Source: Octopus vulgaris (taxonomy: Eukaryota). From it: DNA of 64,000 nucleotides. The notes beneath the pieces were generated by a model that did not search any database, was not told the DNA's origin, and saw nothing but the letters and a program-made list of their open reading frames with translations. Both the position numbers and the translations under genes were made by a program. This document shows, in pieces, positions 55,125 through 64,000 of this stretch (its first letter is position 1; each line of letters begins with the position of its first letter). The stretch covers positions 90,458,001-90,522,000 of the forward strand of contig OX597824.1 of assembly GCA_951406725.2 (NCBI GenBank), read 5' to 3'.

Positions 55125-55420
55125 GAATATCTTCGGACAAAGTTGACTTGGAGTAAAAATTTTTCCAACATAACATGATGAATGTTACTGTAATTTAGCC
55201 CCAGGAGACATCGTCCCCAGCTAGCTGTACGATACGATCAGTGTCCTTATATTTTCGAACAAGGGAATCTATGCGGGGAAAAAATAAGAACACAGATCGT
55301 GTTGTGTAGCCAGCTGGAGACGATGTCTCCTGGGGTTAAATTACATTCGTCCTAAACCAGGACCAGCATTGACATGTTATGTTGGCAAATAACTCCAAAG
55401 TACTGTTGCTGAATATCTCT
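55125..55420. repeat. Foldback of two diverged inverted fragments related to the 51899-52344 element
   Basis: TGTAATTTAGCCCCAGGAGACATCGTCCCCAGCT (55189) is inverted ending at 55345; shares TTTAGCCCCAGGAG...CCAGCT with ~51960. Confidence 0.75.
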
Positions 55421-55621
55421 CGTTGTGAGATTTAAAAATAGTAATTTTCAAAGTTGTCTTGTATAGATTAGGTTATGGCACTTGTCCATCTGCACCGGAA
55501 GTGACCTGAATGTTATTACATCACATCACTCCGACGATGTTTATCCTGTCCTCAGCGCAAATGTAGGGCTGCGTCCAATCACCCATTGTTCTGAATATTT
55601 TCTTCGTGATATATGAATATA

Positions 55622-56010
55622 CAGGCATAGCTGTGTGCTAAAAGGTTTACTTCCTAATCAAAAGGTACCTTGGGCAAGTTTCTTCAACTATAGCCTCGGA
55701 TCGACTAAAACCATTTGAGTGGATGAGGTAGACAGAAACTGAAAGAATCCTGTCCTATGCATACATACACGCATACATTCATACAGCCATCCATCCATAC
55801 ATATATGTGTATGTGTGTTTCTATCTGCGTTTGTCCTCATCACCGCTTGACAACCGGTGTTGGTGTGTTTACATTCACGTAACATAGCGGATCGGCAAAA
55901 AAGCATTTCGGTAAAAATAATATGTAGTTGGGGTTGAGACATTCAACTAAAATTCCCTGAGGCAGTGTCCCAGGATGGCTGCAGTCTACTGACTGAAACG
56001 AGTAAAAGAT
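55622..56010 (+). mobile_element. SINE family A, old copy
   Basis: Diverged homology across head, core and tail. Confidence 0.8.
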
Positions 56011-56487
56011 AAAAGATATTTTAACTTCAGAATGGGACGATTGGGCGTTGCTAATTGGATGCTGACAATTTGGCACGGATGGCAGGACATTCTGCCTACT
56101 TTGATGACAGTACTTTTTAGCACTGTAGGCGAACAGACACTCACACAGACACCCACGCACAAAGACACACACCCAGTCACATCTTTCAAGGCTACGCTTC
56201 GGAATTACCTTGAAGCTGCGGAGCAAGGACAGTGAGAAAAGAAAGGCAAATTATAACATATATCTTCACATATACACACGTGTACGTATGAGTACACCTA
56301 TATATATATGTATATATATATATATATATATACATTTATATATATATATATACATATATATGTATGTATGTATATATATATATGTATATATATGTATATA
56401 TATGTATATGTATATATGTATATATACACACACATATATATATATATATTAGCACACACATATATGTATATAGATATGTATATATGC

Positions 56488-56533
<46 letters not shown>

Positions 56534-56538
56534 GTATA

Positions 56539-56596
<58 letters not shown>

Positions 56597-57733
56597 ATTT
56601 GTGTTTAGACATGCAGACACATGCGCGCGCACACACGCTCTCTCTCTCTCCCCTCTCTCTCTCTCTCACACACACACATATGATATTACATTGCTTGCGA
56701 TTATTAGTTTCATGTTTTACCGATTTTCAAGAAATCAAACCAATAAATGAAACAATTCTTTCTCAACAGACAGTATAAATTACAAGAATCGTTGAATAAG
56801 CATATTGACAATTTACAACTCTTTGATGTATTCGAAACGTTGTTATGCAAGGCTATTGGCCGTTCGCTCGCATACCTTTTTGATATTACAGTTTCGAGTT
56901 TTAGGAATCGTAGGGCCGGCTACTGAGTTTCCATAACGTATAAGTGATCGAAATCACAATATTCTTCCCGAACGTGACTCGAGCCCCTTGCAGGGATATT
57001 TATTTACAGCTCATTGAACTAGAGCAATGTGAAATGAAGTGTTTTGCTCAAGAATACAACGTACCATCCGGTTCGGGAATTAAATCCAAGTTCTTGGTAA
57101 CTCGCCTTCTTACTTTTGTTTTCACATCAACTGAAGAATATTTTAAAGTAATTTTCTTTTTGTCTAATGCTATATTATTCGCCTAAACAAATTTTAGTTG
57201 TTAGGTATTCAAAATATCTTACATATTTTGATTAATGACAAAAAGATTATATCATTCCAGAAAGCTTGCTTAAATTGAAAACTTCTTGAATCAGTAAATT
57301 AATTTTCTCTGAAAGTGAAAGGTCAAGATGGTTGTTACAAGGTTTGGCAACTTTTAATATGCTCTAACCAAATTTGTGATCTTTATCATTGACATTTACG
57401 AAAACCACATGTGTAATGATAAACGTACGTCTTAAGATGTTCCTGATTTCTGAGAGAATGTGGGTGTTAATATAATCGTACAAATGTATTTTCAGTTAAC
57501 CCAATATAATCTATAGATACTGAATTATTACCGGCAACTACTTATGTTCAATAAACTATGTAATTAGATAAGAGAAAAGTACTAGATGTAGAAAATCCTT
57601 TCAGAATTTTACTACTGGTGTGTGCTATTCGTATTGCAAAATTATTCATATATGCTCCCACAACATAGCGGTTTAGCAAAAGAGATTGATACACTTAAAA
57701 AATAAGTACTTCGGTTCATTTGTTCGATTAAAC

Positions 57734-58011
57734 CAGTGGCTCCTTGACTTTTTCGGGCTGCCGCCCCTTTGACACCCAGACCACATTCATACCGCCCCAA
57801 CCCCAACTAACCACCACAAATACAGACCTCTTTCTGAAGCAAATTCAAAGTAATTGTATTTCACAAATAAAACTTAACCTAAAGAAACCCATTGTTTTGT
57901 TGTTTTTACGTGAATCGCTTCCCCCATTATCACCTCACTTTTCTTCAGCGCCTCCTTGGAACTTTCCACCGCCCTCAGTGGGGCAATATCACCCACTATG
58001 GGAATGACTAG
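57734..58011. mobile_element. Possible decayed hAT (Charlie-like) MITE
   Basis: Degenerate ends CAGTGGCTCC... / ...TGGGAATGACTAG. Confidence 0.35.
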
Positions 58012-58139
58012 ACTTAACGGTTCAAGGCGTTTGTCTCAGTATGATGCTAGTCACTGTGCGAGTGACTAAGTCACAGTTATCTGCATAAAAGAGGTCACGA
58101 ATAATAGACTGGAACACCACAGATTAAAGAGGCGGTCAG

Positions 58140-58325
58140 AAGATTAATACTTGACATATATTTCCTTGGCAAAAGCATGAGTAAAAGCAGCAGCAAAGTA
58201 CAAAGAAAAGAGAGTTGGGGCAAGGATGTCACCCTGCTTGACACTATTCCCTACAGGAATGGGTCCCGCCATGCCACCACCAATATTGACCCAAGCCTCC
58301 ATGGCATCATGAAATGATTTAATTA
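58140..58325 (-). mobile_element. RTE-clade LINE reverse transcriptase fragment
   Basis: IIKSFHDAM...SVKQGDILAPTLFSLYF. Confidence 0.8.
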
Positions 58326-58327
58326 TA

Positions 58328-59165
58328 TTGGGTTGGCAACTAATTAAAATTTTTTTAAAAGGTTTAATAAAAAATAACAACTAATTAATCAATAATGTAT
58401 TCACCCTTGTTGTTTACAACTTCCTCCCAACGTTCAACAAGCTTTTCAATGCTTCGTTGGCGGAAATCCCCCGATTTTAACTCGAAAAGTTGATCCAACC
58501 AAGCTCTCAATTCTGCATCAGTATTGAACGAAACTCCGCGCATAGCATTTGAAAGAGATCCGTTGATGCCAAATCAGGAGGGTACGGCGGGTGTGGCAGC
58601 ACTTCCCAGCCATGCGTTTGGATGGCTTCCTTGGTTATATTGGCGGTGTGAGGGCGGGCGTTGTCGTGCAACAGAAGAACTCCATGCTGACGATTCGGTC
58701 TTTTCTCTTGAATAGCCGTGTTGAGTCGTTCCATCTGTTGAACATAGAGTTCTGCGTTGACCGTTTGGTTCCGTTCAAGCAATTCGTAATGGATAATACC
58801 TTCCCAGTCCCATCATACGCACAACATCGTTTTACGCGGATGATCTTGTTTCACGCGCGGTGTCGCTTGTTTACCGGGGCTAAGCCATTCCTTACGCTGC
58901 TTCATATTGATGTACAGGTACCATTTTTCGTCGCCAGTAACGATTCCATAAAGAAATCGTTGCTTTTTTCCATGAGTTGAGCGGTGACGAGCAAGCAAAC
59001 CAGCGAAGATTGTGGCGCGTTGATTTTTGTTGTCGTCACTTAAAGCATGCGGAATCCATGCTCCATACTTCTGAACTTTTCCCATGGAGTGAAGATGCTT
59101 CTCTATGGCAGTGTGAGAGCATTCCATTTTCTCTGCCAGTTCCTTTGTCGTTTGACGAGAATTTT
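58328..59165 (-). mobile_element. Mariner transposon remnant, 5'-truncated, one TIR
   Basis: WIPHAL, IVTGDEKW, HPRKTMLCV, LLHDNARPHTA, PHPPYPPDLASTD; TA followed by TIR-like TTGGGTTGGCAACTAA. Confidence 0.93.
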
Positions 59166-59344
59166 GGTAGTTACGTGATCAAACAATGATTAACTCCAAT
59201 TAGATCCAAACATGTCTAAACTTGGAACCACAGCTAAAATGATAAGTTTACTTCTCTGTATTAATCTTAATCTTCTGCATTTTTATACATGTTTCAACGA
59301 TTGGACTATGGCCATACTGGGGTACTACCATGGGGGATTTAGTC

Positions 59345-59875
59345 CAGTGGTTCCCAACTGAGCTCCATATGGCTCCCATGGGTCTATATAAGAATGTTCT
59401 TTTTTTGGTGTGGCCGGGGTTGGGGTTGGGGTGGGAGGAGGTTTCCACGCAACACAATAATAAATTAGGGATCAACAACAGTAATTTGAGGGACCACGAA
59501 AACCTTTTTGCTTTAGATGTATGTATGGGTCTGTATTGCAAGAAACAGCTGGGTTTCTTTCTCTAATATTTTACATTGTTCAACCTACACAAATTAATGT
59601 GGGAAAAACAAAATAGAAATTTTGAAAGAAGTTTCTATTAAACTAGTTTTAAACATCGAATGGTGATGGGGGTCTACCAGAATAAAATAGTAATCAAAGG
59701 GGTCCATAGATAAAAAGCGGTTGTGAACGGTTTCGATGTATGTATAGGTCTGTATTGCAAGAAACAGCTGGGTTTCTTTCTCCAAGATTTTACATAATTC
59801 AACTACACAAATTAATGTAGGAAAAACAAAATAGGAATTAGTATCCATAAAACTAATTTTAAAACACCAAATGGC
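59345..59875. mobile_element. hAT (Charlie-like) MITE with adjacent ~140-bp duplication of its interior
   Basis: CAGTGGTTCCCAAC left end, GGTTGTGAAC degenerate right end; GATGTATGTAT(G/A)GGTCTGTATTGCAAGAAACAGCTGGG at 59516 and 59735. Confidence 0.65.
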
Positions 59876-59887
59876 TACTTACCCGAT

Positions 59888-60375
59888 GTGTGAGTGGATC
59901 TGGTAGATGGAAACTGAAAGAAGCCCGTCTCATATATTCTTGTACTCTTTTACTTGTTTCAGTCATTTGACTGCGGCCATGCTGGAGCAGCGCCGTTAGT
60001 CGAACCAATCGAACCCATGACTTATTCTTTGTAAGTCTAGTAATTCAAGGCTGTCTATAAGTAAAAAAAGTGGTCGAGTACTCCTGGTTTAGGCAAACAA
60101 GCCGATTGCAGTACTTATTTCCTTTAAAGTATGGTACATATTCTATCGATATCTTTTGTGTCGAACCGCTAGATTACGGGCATGTATACAGTGGTCAAGA
60201 AACGGGGTAATGATGTGTGAAATGAACATAAACTGGGTACATTGTTGGTTACAACGACGGATGTTCCAGTTAATTCGATGAACGGAACAACTGGCGCGTG
60301 AAATTAACGTGCAAAAGGCCGAGCACTTCGCAGGCACGTGTGCCCTTAGCGTAGATCTGAGGGAGATTCAGTGAG

Positions 60376-60429
<54 letters not shown>

Positions 60430-60431
60430 TC

Positions 60432-60514
<83 letters not shown>

Positions 60515-60690
60515 TATACACACATTATGATGGTCTTCAAAATACTTTCTGCTTACCAATTCCCTCACGAATCCACATTGGTCAATCTGGGGTCTATAAT
60601 AGCAGACACTTGCCTAAGGTACCATACAGTAGGATTGAACCTGACACCACGGGGTTGAAACGTGACCCTCTTAGCTAAATAGCTATGACT
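59888..60690 (-). mobile_element. Fragmented SINE family A (minus) with nested pieces, abutting a plus-strand SINE-A fragment
   Basis: 3' part 59937-60180, 5' part 60545-60690, plus-strand fragment 59888-59930. Confidence 0.7.
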
Positions 60691-60859
60691 GTTTATTACT
60701 TATTACTTTTGTTTTTGTTGATTTTAGTTTCTGAGTTCTCTCCCTTGCTCATATTTGTAAAAATTTTCATTCAAGATAATGAACCTTTTCCTGTCATCGC
60801 GGGCCAGAATTCCAATTGATTTGAGATATTCTACGCGCGTTTCCTCACGCTACACACGC

Positions 60860-61790
<931 letters not shown>

Positions 61791-62477
61791 TACTCACATT
61801 TAATTATAAATGCGTATAAACTAAATCTATAAGAATATTGTCTTGGTAGTAGTAGTAGTGGTAGTAGTAGTAGTAGTAGTAGTAGTAGTAAAAATTCGGC
61901 CGGTCAGATGATGTCAGACGTGAGGCTGCTGACTCTAGCGTTCGACGATTACCAACGTTCAGTGAGAAATCGGCCCACGATATGGATTCGCCGTTCTCAG
62001 CCTTGCACTCGATTCGAAAGAACAACAGCATCGGCGAATCCAACTGTATCATCACCAGCATCATTAGCAGCGGTAGTAGCAGCAGCAGCAACTGCAGCAG
62101 TGTCATCCTAGTCGATAATACAGGTAGGTCATCGCTTATATATATGTACATATATATATATATATATATAGATATATATAGAGAGACATATATAGATATA
62201 CATGTATAGATTAGTTTAACAGCAATGCACAAGCGTATGCATGTATGTAGATGGGTGTATACAGACACAATAAACACACGCATGGTGTACCACAAGAGTA
62301 CGTGGGTAGTGTTTGGCAAGGGGACACGTCCGCATTCGCTCAACATTACTCACGTATTTGCATATGGTGAACAAAATAATAAATAAACAAATAATAATGA
62401 GAATAATAATAATAGTAATAACAATTATGATGATAATATCAATTGTTTTGGTGCGTGACTATTGGACCACACCGTAC

Positions 62478-62736
62478 GTATGTATGTATACATGTCTATG
62501 TATGTATGTATGTATGTATGGATGGATGGATGTATGTATGTATGTATGTATGTATGTATGTATGTATGTATGTATGTATGTATGTATGTATGCATATATG
62601 TATGTATGCATGTATGTATGTATGAATGTATGTTTGTATGTATGTATGTATGTATGTATGTATGTATCTATGTATGTATGTATGTATGTATGTATGTATG
62701 TATGTATGTATGTATGTATGTATGTATGTATGTATG

Positions 62737-62770
<34 letters not shown>

Positions 62771-63145
62771 TGTATGTATGTATCTATGCATATATGTATG
62801 CATATATGTATGTATGTATGTATGCATGTATGTATGTATGTATGTATGTATGTAGGTAGGTATGTATGTATGTGTGTATGTATGTATGTATGTGTGTATG
62901 TGTCTATATATGTATGTATACATGTCTATGTATGTATGTTTGTATGTATATATGTATGTATATTCGTATGTTTGTATACATGCATACAAACATATCTATA
63001 AATACACACATACGTACATACATACATATGTATATATGTATATATGTATATATTTATATATTATATATATGTATATATATATACATACATATATGTGTGT
63101 GTGTGTGGGGGGGTATATAGATTGATAGGTATGCACACATACACA

Positions 63146-63197
<52 letters not shown>

Positions 63198-63230
63198 CTC
63201 TCTCTCTCTCTCTCCCTCTTTCTCACACAC
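62478..63230. repeat. (TATG)n, (TA)n, (CA)n arrays
   Basis: Direct reading. Confidence 0.93.
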
Positions 63231-63596
63231 ACATAGAAATAGAGAAATTCACATGCAGGTGCGCCGAGACGGCAACTGACTCACACTCAAGCTCCCAGAC
63301 GTTCACATTTGCCTGACAAGTTACACATACCACACAAGCACACGCCCTCGCTCGAGCCGTGCACTCACCCACGTCGATCACGTGCACACGCGTGCAGCCG
63401 GATTCACACACCTGACTCCAATCTGATGCACACACCGCCACAAAGAGTCATAAGTGACCGTAGAGCAGATACACGCAGCCATGCGCACACAGCACACACA
63501 CCGAATACAAGTATAGCGAAGAACACACGTTCACACACACACAGCTCCTCATCCATATATTTACATGTGTGTGTGTGTATGTGTGTGTTTACAAAG

Positions 63597-63995
63597 GCGT
63601 GGACGTGGTCTTGTGGTAAGAAGCTTGCTTCCCAACCATATGGACCCGGGTTCAGTCCCGCTGCGTGGTACTTTCGTCAAGTGTCTTCTATAGCCTCGGT
63701 CGGATCGAGGCCATAGCAGAGGATACTTGACCGACGTGTGCGTGAATATAGTGGATGGAAACTGAAAGAAGCCCGTCGTATATATTCTTGTATTCGTTTA
63801 CTTGTTTCAGTAGTTTGAATGTGGCCATACTGGAGCACCGCCTTTAGTCGAATCAGTTGACCCCTGGACTTATTCTTTGTAAGCCTTCAACTTATTCTAT
63901 TGGTCAATTTTGCCAAACCGCTAAGTTACCGGGAAGTAAACAAACCAACATCGGTTGTCAAGCGATGGTGGGCGGACAACACAGACACAAATACA
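63597..63995. mobile_element. SINE family A 5' half (+) joined to an inverted 3' half (-)
   Basis: GGCGTGGACGTGG...GAAAGAAGCCCGTCGTATATA then TTCTTGTATTCGTTTACTTGTTTCAGT... Confidence 0.82.
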
Positions 63996-64000
63996 TACAT

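Overview
Eukaryotic, AT-rich, microsatellite-saturated non-coding DNA. The tRNA-derived SINE families and repeat load suggest a coleoid cephalopod, probably Octopus; this is inferred from pattern recall, not a database search. I find no credible host protein-coding gene, rRNA, intact tRNA or CRISPR array, and nearly all listed ORFs are simple-repeat artefacts. The window is a nested mosaic of at least five SINE families, Tc1/mariner and hAT-like remnants and MITEs, and LINE fragments (Tx1/L1-like, two CR1-like, RTE-like, R4/Dong-like). The most notable signal is about ten type-I hammerhead ribozyme motifs (CUGANGA...GAAA-palindrome-UH) from several unrelated short non-coding repeat families. 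One fully canonical copy (52066-52110, minus strand, GUC cleavage site) lies inside a 353-bp tandem monomer, a retrozyme / Penelope-like pseudo-LTR architecture. Small unique islands carry a consensus CTCF motif and repeated YY1/Pho motifs, suggesting a large intron or regulatory gene desert.
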